From: an uncultured virus (IMG/VR IMGVR_UViG_3300033821_000010)
Taxonomy: Duplodnaviria; Heunggongvirae; Uroviricota; Caudoviricetes
IMG/VR virus record: IMGVR_UViG_3300033821_000010
Length of the DNA: 64,000 nucleotides
Strand: one strand, 5' to 3'
Part shown: positions 38,404-47,432 of the stretch, in pieces
Position numbering within the stretch: the first letter of the stretch is position 1
How the letters are laid out: the number at the start of each line of letters is the position of its first letter
The notes under the pieces: model-generated
Database searches by the model: none
What the model was told of the DNA's origin: nothing
The model's input: only the letters and a program-made list of their open reading frames with translations
Program-made: the position numbers and the translations under genes

Positions 38404-39577
38404 ATATCACTTCCCTTCGCCGGTTTGTGCTCTCTATTCTACTGTCATCTATAAAGAAATTGTTAATAGCTACTGGTACTTGTTTGTGCTCTTTCTCAAA
38501 TTCAGCCCAATTTTCCAATGTCGTAAACTTCCCAAACCTCTCATGTATCTTTTTGTGGCATGAATCACACAAAGCAACACCATTCTCTACATCACACCTT
38601 AACTCCCTAAACATGCTGTAATTTTGCTTGTGATGTGCTTTGATACCACCTTCCCTGCCACTACATATCCGGCAGCAATAATTGTCTCTCTTATACACTG
38701 CATCCCGCCACTCCACATAAGCCGGATTCAAATTTCTATGCTTATCGCCCCACCTGTCTTCATCAGTCAGATTTTTATTCCATCGGGGATGCTTTTCACG
38801 CCTTCGTTCCTTCTTCAAATCTCTATCAAAACAACCACAAGATTTTGTATGACCCATGTTTAGTACATTGGTGGTACATTTAATCATCTTCCCACATTCG
38901 CATTGACAATCCCAAATATAAGCATTGCCGTTTGAATGACTGAAGGAAATAACAGTCAACCTACCAAACTGTTTACCTATTATTTTTTGTTTTATTTGGC
39001 TGAACTTAACACAGCCGCAATCCTTAGTATCGTGAGTCAAGCTTTCTCTGGTATAGGTTGACACCTCACCGCAATCACATTTACATTCGTAGTGCTCGTT
39101 ATCTATCAATTTTGTAACCAGCAATTGACCAAACCTTTTACTAGTCAAGTCATCTAAATTGGTTTTTTTGTTAGGGTCGGAATTCAACCTCTCTGCATTT
39201 TTTCTTCTCGTTTCAATAGCAAGACAACCACAAGATTTTGTATTACCGCTTTTCAAAGAGCCATACGGAATTTCAACTTTTTTGCCACAATCACATTTAC
39301 ATTCCCAAATTGTTTGTCCTTTGTTCCAATCTACTCTTTGTATAGCTGTTAATCTACCAAATTTCTTTCCAACAATATCCCTTACCATTTTGTGTTCGCG
39401 TTTTAAGCAACCACAAGACTGAACTTCGTTATCTCGTAAATGATGTCTCATAACACACGCTATGTTACCACAATCGCATCTGCATAGCCAGACATAATGA
39501 TTCCCTTTTTTGGAATGCTTTTCTATCACCGTCATTTTGTTAAACCGTTCGCCCGTAAGGTCAATAAATGCGCTCAT
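38378..39577 (-). CDS. HNH homing endonuclease with four CxCxCG/xCGC repeats
   Basis: DLTGERF..LT...WxCxCDCG...SCGC x4; C-terminal RDNYCCRIC...AHH...NGVALCDSCHKKIH. Confidence 0.85.
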   Translation of the reverse strand: MSAFIDLTGERFNKMTVIEKHSKKGNHYVWLCRCDCGNIACVMRHHLRDNEVQSCGCLKREHKMVRDIVGKKFGRLTAIQRVDWNKGQTIWECKCDCGKKVEIPYGSLKSGNTKSCGCLAIETRRKNAERLNSDPNKKTNLDDLTSKRFGQLLVTKLIDNEHYECKCDCGEVSTYTRESLTHDTKDCGCVKFSQIKQKIIGKQFGRLTVISFSHSNGNAYIWDCQCECGKMIKCTTNVLNMGHTKSCGCFDRDLKKERRREKHPRWNKNLTDEDRWGDKHRNLNPAYVEWRDAVYKRDNYCCRICSGREGGIKAHHKQNYSMFRELRCDVENGVALCDSCHKKIHERFGKFTTLENWAEFEKEHKQVPVAINNFFIDDSRIESTNRRREVIYGHQERVI

Positions 39578-39644
39578 AAGTTATACTTATCCTTGTATTA
39601 GTTTTAATAATATCATTGTTGTTTCTATTCTTGTAAGTCCTTTA

Positions 39645-40415
39645 CTACAAATACTTTGTCGGTTTCCATCCGCGAAGCTTGCCATAGCCCTGCACATTGT
39701 GCACCCCGCTGCGGCCAAATCCTCTTATGGCCTGATAGTAAAACACAGTAGGTTTAGCAAGAGTAGGAGGAATCTTAAACTTCTCATTTGTGATAGCTTG
39801 GTTGGCTCTTTCTTCTGCGTTTTGTTTCAGAGTATCAAGAGCGCCGGTAATATCACCACCACCATCTTCCAGAGCTTGGGCACCGATAGCAAAAATGAGT
39901 CTACCGTACCACAGGTCATATTCCAATAAGAGCTTTTCGATACAGAGGGCGAAGGCAAGGTCGGCGAGAACACCATCCCAATATTGAGGGGCATCGTTAA
40001 TTGTGTAATTTGTAGCTGGACCGAAGGCGTTAGTATTGATGAAATCAACGGCTTGTCTAATAAAACCTTCTAGTGTAGCGATACCGAAGTAATCAATGCT
40101 GTAGGTGAGGTTACAAGTATCTCCGGTGGTAACAGAACCAAATTGGAAAGTAGCGTGGGCATAATCTATATTAACGATTTGTGGAGTAGGAATCATAGCT
40201 TTGTTTTTATGGCAAACTAATGGGTACGTGGGGTTCCAATTACCATAATGGACTTGCCACGTAACACCGTCTGGCATCAAGAGGGCAGGTTCATCGAAGA
40301 TAGTGACTTGCCGGAAAGCGAGCAAGCGTGGGGTGAGGTAAGTATCCACGATGTAATTGATTCTGGAAGTGGTGGATAATCCTATTGGAACGTATGAGCC
40401 GGGGAAGACTGCCAT
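39645..40415 (-). CDS. Putative neck / head-tail adaptor protein
   Basis: 256 aa; 'FIRQAVDFIN...PATNYTINDAPQYW' resembles large-phage neck proteins; strong AAGGAG RBS. Confidence 0.5.
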   Translation of the reverse strand: MAVFPGSYVPIGLSTTSRINYIVDTYLTPRLLAFRQVTIFDEPALLMPDGVTWQVHYGNWNPTYPLVCHKNKAMIPTPQIVNIDYAHATFQFGSVTTGDTCNLTYSIDYFGIATLEGFIRQAVDFINTNAFGPATNYTINDAPQYWDGVLADLAFALCIEKLLLEYDLWYGRLIFAIGAQALEDGGGDITGALDTLKQNAEERANQAITNEKFKIPPTLAKPTVFYYQAIRGFGRSGVHNVQGYGKLRGWKPTKYL

Positions 40416-40478
40416 GGTATTTCTCCTTGTTAGAGACGCTTACTGAAGAAAGCATCTCTTCTATAAGTAGGGGAGTAT

Positions 40479-40517
40479 AAAAAAAATATCCCGTGCTGTT
40501 TTTAAGAGCACGGGATA
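40479..40517 (-). terminator. Rho-independent terminator overlapping putative late promoter
   Basis: Stem TATCCCGTGCT/AGCACGGGATA followed by T8; homologous to the 36757-36796 terminator. Confidence 0.75.
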
Positions 40518-40540
40518 GGTTTGTTCAATTAAAAAAATTG

Positions 40541-40921
40541 TTACTTTTTCAAAACCCAATCCAATTCACCACTTTTTGATTCCCGTTCAAATTTATCTCT
40601 CATATATATAGCCACTTCTTTACGTACTGATGTTGGGAAATTAGTAGGACCACCAGTTGAACTACTGAATTCCTTGAAGTACATCTTACCACCTTCATCT
40701 GTCAAATATTGGAACAGTTTGACGGCCATATTTGAGTCGTAGACATCCTTCTTCTTTTTAAGCATGAGATTTTTATAGATAGGAATAAGTCTATTGCGAT
40801 AGAGTTGGCCACTATTGTCAATATACATAAATAGTTCACCACCATCTTCCGAAAGGCCAGTAATAGCCGTCATTTTCTTGGCAATTTTCAGCAATTCAAC
40901 AGCTATCTTTTTCTTATTCAT
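40541..40921 (-). CDS. Leader-family protein with conserved phage-type domain
   Basis: MNKKKIAVELLKIAKKMTA then 'ELFMYIDNSGQLYR...PIYKNL...YD...AVKLF'. Confidence 0.7.
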   Translation of the reverse strand: MNKKKIAVELLKIAKKMTAITGLSEDGGELFMYIDNSGQLYRNRLIPIYKNLMLKKKKDVYDSNMAVKLFQYLTDEGGKMYFKEFSSSTGGPTNFPTSVRKEVAIYMRDKFERESKSGELDWVLKK

Positions 40922-40939
40922 TGTTGTTCCTTTCAAACT

Positions 40940-41581
40940 CTAATCCCACCAAACTCTGATTTCTGCATTTAACATATCATCATTTTGAAGTGGATATGAG
41001 CGCGATTTACTGCTCAAAGATATACTAATATTTTTGCTTCCTGAATTTAGATATAATTCATTTGGCTTTAATCTCTGCGCAGACGTTAAAATTTCATCTG
41101 CTTCTTCCTTACTTTTAAAGCCTTTTATATAGATGCAAGGACTATATTCTCTTGCCCACCTGAATTGATATTGACTGAATGCTCGTATAAATCTATTTAC
41201 TTGGGCTTCATCAAAACTTCCATTATAACCATCAGGCAAAGCTTTTTGAAGTATGTCAATGGCTGTGCTGGCATTGACATATTTGCCATGATAGAACATT
41301 ACACCTTCTTCATCACTGAAAGCTTTGATTGTTTCTCCAATTAGTCCACCGGGTTGTTTTTCTCTTTCGTCTTCAATAGTTCGTTTGACATCTTTGGTTA
41401 GGCTGGCTATGGCATATTCCAAGGCATACCAGTCACCATTATTTTTTTCAATTTTTTCTATTATTTTATTGATACGTTCTAGTTCTTTTTTGACAGAATT
41501 GATATAGTCTTGTTTGGTAAATTCGCCTATAATTGACTTCGCTAGTTTCGTCAAATGTTCAGCTATTTCTTGGCGTTTCAT
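40940..41581 (-). CDS. Leader-family hypothetical protein
   Basis: MKRQEIAEHLTKLAKSIIG; AGGAG RBS; ends in RVWWD. Confidence 0.7.
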   Translation of the reverse strand: MKRQEIAEHLTKLAKSIIGEFTKQDYINSVKKELERINKIIEKIEKNNGDWYALEYAIASLTKDVKRTIEDEREKQPGGLIGETIKAFSDEEGVMFYHGKYVNASTAIDILQKALPDGYNGSFDEAQVNRFIRAFSQYQFRWAREYSPCIYIKGFKSKEEADEILTSAQRLKPNELYLNSGSKNISISLSSKSRSYPLQNDDMLNAEIRVWWD

Positions 41582-41619
41582 AACAATCTCCTACTACTAA
41601 TAATTAGTATATACTCCAA

Positions 41620-41919
41620 TTATAAAGCATTGTTTATTTCGTGTTGTACTCTATCAAGAAAATCTTTTAATGCGCTTATTTTGTCGTTAATGGTTGTTAG
41701 ATATTTTGGAGCTTCGATATGTCCCGAACCAACTTTGTCTAATCCTGTAATATCTTTATTTGCCTGTTCGAATGCTTCTTCTACAGCTTTGGCTTTTTTA
41801 GCAATTTCGTTTGAAATAAACTTGGAACCTTTTATCATATTATAAGCTTTATCGTTATCAGTAGCCACTAACTCTTTTGCCAATTTCAATAGTTTAACTG
41901 CTGTGTCTTTGTTTGCCAT
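41620..41919 (-). CDS. Leader-family small helical protein
   Basis: MANKDTAVKLLKLAKELVA. Confidence 0.7.
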   Translation of the reverse strand: MANKDTAVKLLKLAKELVATDNDKAYNMIKGSKFISNEIAKKAKAVEEAFEQANKDITGLDKVGSGHIEAPKYLTTINDKISALKDFLDRVQHEINNAL

Positions 41920-41963
41920 GGTTTGTTACCCCTTCCGCTACTTTCCTATACTTTCCCCTGCCA

Positions 41964-42605
41964 TTAGATAACCAAAATTAAAATTTTTGTGTCATCGCTC
42001 TGTCCATCTATATCAAAAGTCGGGAAACCTGTCTTGATTTTACTTGGCCTATAATACATACCTGTTGGCGTTTTACTACCTTTATAATCCAAACGTTTCA
42101 AGTGCATGAAAAATTCGTTCAGACTTGTTCTCACATTAGGGTCTTGCTTAGATAGTTCCCAAGCAAAGCGAGCGTGAGGGTGAGTAGACTTTTTGACACC
42201 GGGAACTTTCTCTAAAAGGTCTATCACCATCAAGAAGTTCTTTTCTCTTTCGGCAGCTTCGTTTTGGAGCCTTTGTTTATCTTGTTCTCTTCGTTCTCTG
42301 AGTAGATTGTGGTACTTATTGGCAATAGCGATAGTTTCTGGTGTTGGTGATTCAAGGACTTTCTTTACCGGGAGAATTATGTGATAAACTTTCTTGTGGT
42401 GTTTCTGGTCAAAGAGGTAACCATTGCCGATGTAGATGCCTGTGATGGTTAGATTACCAAGCAATTGAGCCAAATCTGTAACGGCCACACCTTCAGCCTG
42501 TACTGTCGAGCCAAGTTCTGGTTCAACTGATGCTTTCTTAACATCATCATGGAGAAGTGAACGAGCCAATGAAATCAATTGTTTAGCTACTAATCGTTTC
42601 TCCAT
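41964..42605 (-). CDS. Leader-family hypothetical protein
   Basis: MEKRLVAKQLISLARSLL. Confidence 0.7.
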   Translation of the reverse strand: MEKRLVAKQLISLARSLLHDDVKKASVEPELGSTVQAEGVAVTDLAQLLGNLTITGIYIGNGYLFDQKHHKKVYHIILPVKKVLESPTPETIAIANKYHNLLRERREQDKQRLQNEAAEREKNFLMVIDLLEKVPGVKKSTHPHARFAWELSKQDPNVRTSLNEFFMHLKRLDYKGSKTPTGMYYRPSKIKTGFPTFDIDGQSDDTKILILVI

Positions 42606-42721
42606 GATTGGGTATTGCCCTTTCCCTTGCTATCCGGTACTTTCCTATTCTTTCCTCTCAGATTCTTTGCTGTGTTCTCCGGTCCTGTCCTATCCTTTGC
42701 TTTCTAGTCCTTTTCTATCTC

Positions 42722-43024
42722 TTAAAAGCATTGTAGCGCAATTCCTAATGTAATTGTAAGCGCAAACATGACAAAGCACATTGATTTAAGGCTTCGGAGC
42801 GATTGGACAAATTTCATGGCGCGAACAGTTCCCGTGCCGCCAAAAAACGAAGCTTTTAACCGAGCCATATCTTTGGCCGGTACTTTAAAGATAAACAAGA
42901 TTTTCTTTTTACCACCATCATCTTCTGGCTCTGTTCTTTCAAGAGGTAAATCCAGAGAACTTAAATATGCAGAAAAATAAATATCCGATGTCTTGTAAAA
43001 AATATACTCTTCTTCATTTTCCAT
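42722..43024 (-). CDS. DUF5659-like small protein
   Basis: 'FYKTSDIYFSAYL...F.F...F...LRSLK' pattern. Confidence 0.55.
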   Translation of the reverse strand: MENEEEYIFYKTSDIYFSAYLSSLDLPLERTEPEDDGGKKKILFIFKVPAKDMARLKASFFGGTGTVRAMKFVQSLRSLKSMCFVMFALTITLGIALQCF

Positions 43025-43027
43025 AAT

Positions 43028-43957
43028 TTATTCCTTCCCTTGGTTAGATAAAACTCCCGATTTTTTAAGCAAACCAAATTCGTCCCATTGTTTTTTTGTA
43101 TTGTTTTTATAACCATAATTTTTGTGGAATTCATCATGGCATTTTTGACAAAGTGTACTCCCATTATTCAAATCAAAACGCAACTCTTTATTTTTTCCAT
43201 ATGAATATATGTGATGTGCTACTATTCCAAAAAATCTCTCCCGTTTTCTGCCACACAAACAACAAGAATAATTATCCCTTTTATAAATCTCCCTTCTCCA
43301 TTGTTTAATGCGTTTATCCCTTCCTTTTTTTAGTCTTTCTTCGTCCGTTAAAAGAGGATTATAATTCAATTTACTAAATCTTTCTATATTATAACAACCA
43401 CACGATTTAGTTCCACCACTTTTTAAGTTACATGTTTCTACTATTATTTCTTTTCCACAATCACATTTGCACAACCAACATGTCTTTCTACTTTTGCTAA
43501 TGTGGTGATGTTTCATTACTGTTAGTCTATTGAATTTTCTCCCCGTTATATCAAACTTTTCTCTTGTCCAACAACCACATGATTTAACAATTCCCGACGT
43601 TAACTGGTTTTTATATTTAACACATTTTTTGCCACAATCGCATTTACATAACCAAAATTCTACTCTGCGATTGTTTAAATTTTTAATTTCAAACAATTCA
43701 ATTACAGTTAGTTTTCCAAATTTCATTCCCGTTATGTCTTTTGATTTATTTGCCTCTTTTTTTGCACAACTTCCACATTGTTTACATTCACCGTTTGTTA
43801 TATCATTTTTATACTTTATTGAATTTTTACCACAATCACACTTACACAACCAACGTTCTTGTTTGTTATTGGTATAATATTTAACATCAAACAGTTTAAT
43901 AACTGTTAGCTTGCCAAATTTCATTCCAGTTATGTCTACTGCTTTTGGACCCGGCAT
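43028..43957 (-). CDS. HNH homing endonuclease with three CKCDCG repeats
   Basis: DITG.KF..LTV...WLCKCDCG x3; RDNYSCCLCG...AHHI...NGSTLCQKCHDEFH; likely start MPGPK at 43957. Confidence 0.85.
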   Translation of the reverse strand: MPGPKAVDITGMKFGKLTVIKLFDVKYYTNNKQERWLCKCDCGKNSIKYKNDITNGECKQCGSCAKKEANKSKDITGMKFGKLTVIELFEIKNLNNRRVEFWLCKCDCGKKCVKYKNQLTSGIVKSCGCWTREKFDITGRKFNRLTVMKHHHISKSRKTCWLCKCDCGKEIIVETCNLKSGGTKSCGCYNIERFSKLNYNPLLTDEERLKKGRDKRIKQWRREIYKRDNYSCCLCGRKRERFFGIVAHHIYSYGKNKELRFDLNNGSTLCQKCHDEFHKNYGYKNNTKKQWDEFGLLKKSGVLSNQGKE

Positions 43958-43958
43958 T

Positions 43959-44234
43959 TTAGTCACTCTGTTTAACCAACTTAGGCGCTGTTCCTGTTCG
44001 CTCACTTCTCATACGTTCACCAGCATGTTCATTCTTCTCTGTTTGCTCCCTGTTGAATTTAATACTCTTACCCGGCCAACCACCTCCAACAAGGATAAAA
44101 TTCACTCCACTGCCATAGTAACGTTCACAATCGCTATTACAGTCTTGACACTTGACTGTTTTTTCTGCATGTCCTACCCGAAAATCCATTTCAATCAGTT
44201 TGTTACATTTCTCACACCGATACTCAAATATCAT
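43959..44234 (-). CDS. FmdB-family zinc-ribbon protein
   Basis: MIFEYRCEKC...VKCQDC...FILVGGGW; AAGGAG RBS before 44234. Confidence 0.8.
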   Translation of the reverse strand: MIFEYRCEKCNKLIEMDFRVGHAEKTVKCQDCNSDCERYYGSGVNFILVGGGWPGKSIKFNREQTEKNEHAGERMRSERTGTAPKLVKQSD

Positions 44235-44279
44235 AGTGTCTCTCCTTAGTGTCAATAGCAAAACAAAATTACACCAACC

Positions 44280-45038
44280 TTACAATGTTTCGTCTGCTAC
44301 TGCACCAAGTGCTTCATCGGACACTTCATTGATTACTTTTACTTGTGGTGTTGCTGCTGCTACTGGTGCTGCTACTTTCGGCTTATTAAGAGAACCTTTT
44401 GGTCTGCCCTTACCTCTTTTTTCTACCGCTGCTTCACCAGCTACTTTTGTCAATGCTTCTTGTCTCTTTGCCGCGTGTTCTGCTGGCGTCATAATTTTGA
44501 CTTTACCGGCATTCAACGCTGGCTTGCTTTCATCTACATTGCCGAAAGACTCATCGGCTTCTACCACTTCCATTTTTGGAATTTCAGTTTGAAGTCTTGC
44601 TATTCTTTCTTCGGCAGTTTCGTCACCCTGTATCACTTCCATTGGTGCATTCTTATCTGCCGCCTTCTTTACAGCAGGTTTGGTATGACTAATATCAATG
44701 GTTTCTTTCATCATGTCTTCATCGGACTGCACAATTTTCATTGGAGCACGGTTCTTAACTTTAACAGCCTCTTCTTCCATGATTTTAGGCTGTGGTTTAA
44801 CTAATGTCTTTTCATGGGCTGCTTTGAGGGTTTTTTCTGCGATTGGGCTATAAGGTTCAACCCAATTGTGGCGTTTGAGAATATCAAAGTCTTTTACTTC
44901 ATCATATTTCTTTCCGTCAATGAGCAGAAAATTTTCCTTCTGCTCAATGACGGTTCCTGCTGGATAAGTCTGTTTGATGTGACCAAGGTGCATTGTTCTC
45001 TTCATAACATACTTGGTCACTTCTGCTACTTTACTCAT
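44280..45038 (-). CDS. Hypothetical protein with AT-hook-like motif
   Basis: KRGKGRPKGSLNKPK near the C-terminus; repeated M(K/E)(I/V)(V/I)..DE motifs. Confidence 0.65.
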   Translation of the reverse strand: MSKVAEVTKYVMKRTMHLGHIKQTYPAGTVIEQKENFLLIDGKKYDEVKDFDILKRHNWVEPYSPIAEKTLKAAHEKTLVKPQPKIMEEEAVKVKNRAPMKIVQSDEDMMKETIDISHTKPAVKKAADKNAPMEVIQGDETAEERIARLQTEIPKMEVVEADESFGNVDESKPALNAGKVKIMTPAEHAAKRQEALTKVAGEAAVEKRGKGRPKGSLNKPKVAAPVAAATPQVKVINEVSDEALGAVADETL

Positions 45039-45126
45039 GGTCTAATCTCCTTGTTCATAAATATGAGTCATGTTGTCCAAAGACTCTAAACCAATTTTAG
45101 AGTCTTTGAAAAAATCAATTACATTC

Positions 45127-45762
45127 TTAGATGATGTTGGCCTTATAGCCATACTTTCTGTTTCCCGTTGCACCAAACAAAGCATCAACAACAATCTTCT
45201 CTGCATCGGTCAACGGAATTTTCTTTATGTCACGTGCAATGACGCCAAGATTCTTAATATCGTTATATGTCGGTTCGCACGGTGGATAACCCGGCTTATT
45301 TGGTGGTGTGTTTTCTGGCATTGCGCTTCTTTCATCAAACCAAGTATAGAGCCACGGTCTTGAACCTGTGCTAGTATCTGTATTCCAGAAATACTCAATT
45401 ACTGATGCCAACATTGCTTCTTCTCCAGTTACAACAAGACCAGCACCAACTGCTCCTGCTGGTATTACAGTTACTACTGTAATTGTAGTAAGGTTGGGAA
45501 TAGGTGCAAAGGTAGCATCTATAGAACAAGTATAAAAGCCGTCAAGAGCATTGGCTGCTGAACCTTGAACAGTGAAACCAAAACCAGCCTTGAAATTAGC
45601 TGCCCAATTACCACCTATTGTAAAAACATGTGGCTGTGCAACACCAACAAGATTATAACTAATGTTGTCGGCAGCTTTTGGCTCGTTCATCTTAAAGCTA
45701 CGAGTTATTACCCACATCCAACGACTATATTGCTGCCACGAAGCATTCGCTGTACCTGCCAT
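45127..45762 (-). CDS. Hypothetical virion structural protein
   Basis: 211 aa with beta-rich insert; AGGAGG RBS; late-promoter-like motif upstream (~45908). Confidence 0.55.
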   Translation of the reverse strand: MAGTANASWQQYSRWMWVITRSFKMNEPKAADNISYNLVGVAQPHVFTIGGNWAANFKAGFGFTVQGSAANALDGFYTCSIDATFAPIPNLTTITVVTVIPAGAVGAGLVVTGEEAMLASVIEYFWNTDTSTGSRPWLYTWFDERSAMPENTPPNKPGYPPCEPTYNDIKNLGVIARDIKKIPLTDAEKIVVDALFGATGNRKYGYKANII

Positions 45763-45928
45763 GATTACTTCCTCCTATATTCCCGCTTTTTATCACTCTT
45801 TGGTCAATTAGACAACTAGCCCGATGCTAGTGAATAAATTGGCCATCCTCTTTGTTACAAAATGCGGGCAATTTTATCTATCGTCCACACTCTTACCTCT
45901 AGTCCCATATAAAAAAAATATGAAGACT

Positions 45929-46321
45929 TTATATCTTTGCTCTCAAATGCTTTAATTCCATAGCAGCTTTACGGGGTGAGTCCGGGGCATCAAACATCTC
46001 TTGAGCGCAGTCCCATCCCAATGCCACTTCATCACTACCATCGTTCTGATTTTTCCACACAAAAATGTGCAAAGGACAGCCATATTGGTCTGTTTCTGAA
46101 ATCACGTCTATTTGCAACAATTCTTCAATTTCAAACATGGCTTCGGCAGGAGTCTTAAACTCTTTTTCAGCACTCATAGCCAACGCACCCTGAAACGTTC
46201 CATCGGGTGCTATACCACGAGTTTTGAACTCGCTATTGGTAAATAAATGAAGTGTCCAGCCCGCGTTCTTTAATATGTTTGCCTCTTTGACTGTCAACCA
46301 ATTATCATATGTGATTTTCAT
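45929..46321 (-). CDS. Hypothetical protein
   Basis: Start MKITY after AGGGAG. Confidence 0.6.
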   Translation of the reverse strand: MKITYDNWLTVKEANILKNAGWTLHLFTNSEFKTRGIAPDGTFQGALAMSAEKEFKTPAEAMFEIEELLQIDVISETDQYGCPLHIFVWKNQNDGSDEVALGWDCAQEMFDAPDSPRKAAMELKHLRAKI

Positions 46322-46340
46322 AATCTCCCTTTCTCTAATG

Positions 46341-46970
46341 TTATCGGCTGTATGCCACAACCAAGACATCACCGGCCTCCAAAAGCGTTGCCAAATCTCC
46401 TACAAAAGTGAGACGATTATTACTTACTATTGTAAAATCTGTACCATATTCCTGTGTGGTGCCATGAACAACGTGACAAGCAATGCCACGTGCCATTTGG
46501 GGTGCATACGTCAGAACCACATAACCAACGGAAATATCAGTAGGAGTCATAACTAATGTCTCTATATTTTGATACTGATTTTGTATCTGTTGTATTGCCG
46601 CATCTATGCCAATTACAGAGTTGTTTCGTATAAACTCCTTTAGAAACTCAGTTATGCCATTTTGTTCTGTTGTGGTGACAGGAAAACCATAATTGACAGT
46701 TGGCCTATAAATACAACCATTTCCAAGAGCAGGGCCATTTCCGGCTGAATCAACATCTATAACGTCAGCTACTAATGTAGAACCAACCTGAGTAATTATA
46801 TTGCTAATCCGATATCTTCTGGCGTTTTCATCAAAGATTTCGTCACCAACTGTAACTTGAGTGACTAACCATGTACCAGTGTTGTCATAAAACAACCCCG
46901 AAGTCTGATATGGGCCTACACCAGAAACAGTCTGTATCAAATAGCGTGCATTCAGTAGTGCGTTGGACAT
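46341..46970 (-). CDS. Hypothetical virion structural protein
   Basis: C-terminal 'QEYGTDFTI...LTF...LEAGDVLVVAY' typical of phage tail/baseplate beta domains. Confidence 0.55.
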   Translation of the reverse strand: MSNALLNARYLIQTVSGVGPYQTSGLFYDNTGTWLVTQVTVGDEIFDENARRYRISNIITQVGSTLVADVIDVDSAGNGPALGNGCIYRPTVNYGFPVTTTEQNGITEFLKEFIRNNSVIGIDAAIQQIQNQYQNIETLVMTPTDISVGYVVLTYAPQMARGIACHVVHGTTQEYGTDFTIVSNNRLTFVGDLATLLEAGDVLVVAYSR

Positions 46971-47183
46971 TGTTATTCTCCTTCAACCCTATCTCATTCT
47001 ATCTATTTATTCAACTTTTATGACACTTGATTGTGGCTTTTATTGAGCCTTGCTTGTGAGTATGCTTAATATAGATATGGCGCGGTTTCCATCCAATACG
47101 CTTGTTTCACCACGCCCACAATCCTTTACTTTCATTGAAGTTGCCAAATCGTCTGTTCTATCATACACCACACCGATGTACTG

Positions 47184-47396
47184 CTAATCTACAAAACATG
47201 TACTGCTAATGCCTACTTCTTCCTTTGTTTTGATGCCAATTTTTCGCTCCATTTTCTCAAAAACCGCACCATGCTTCTCTTTTTCCGCCTGATAGTCCAA
47301 AAGAGTATGGCCATAGATACCAAGAACCGATGAATCGTCATCACTCATTGTTCTCTTCTCTGAAAACGTAGTATCCCTCCAACGTACTTCTTTCAT
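47184..47396 (-). CDS. Hypothetical protein (frame stays open past its TAG to 47040)
   Basis: 70-aa ORF; see finding. Confidence 0.4.
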   Translation of the reverse strand: MKEVRWRDTTFSEKRTMSDDDSSVLGIYGHTLLDYQAEKEKHGAVFEKMERKIGIKTKEEVGISSTCFVD

Positions 47397-47432
47397 ACGT
47401 TAGAGGGATATAAAATTATTGTGAACGCTTTT

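Noticed and set aside
34296..42605. Leader as a Sec/lipoprotein signal peptide
   Set aside because: It is amphipathic with internal Glu/Lys, lacks an uninterrupted hydrophobic core and has no lipobox Cys.
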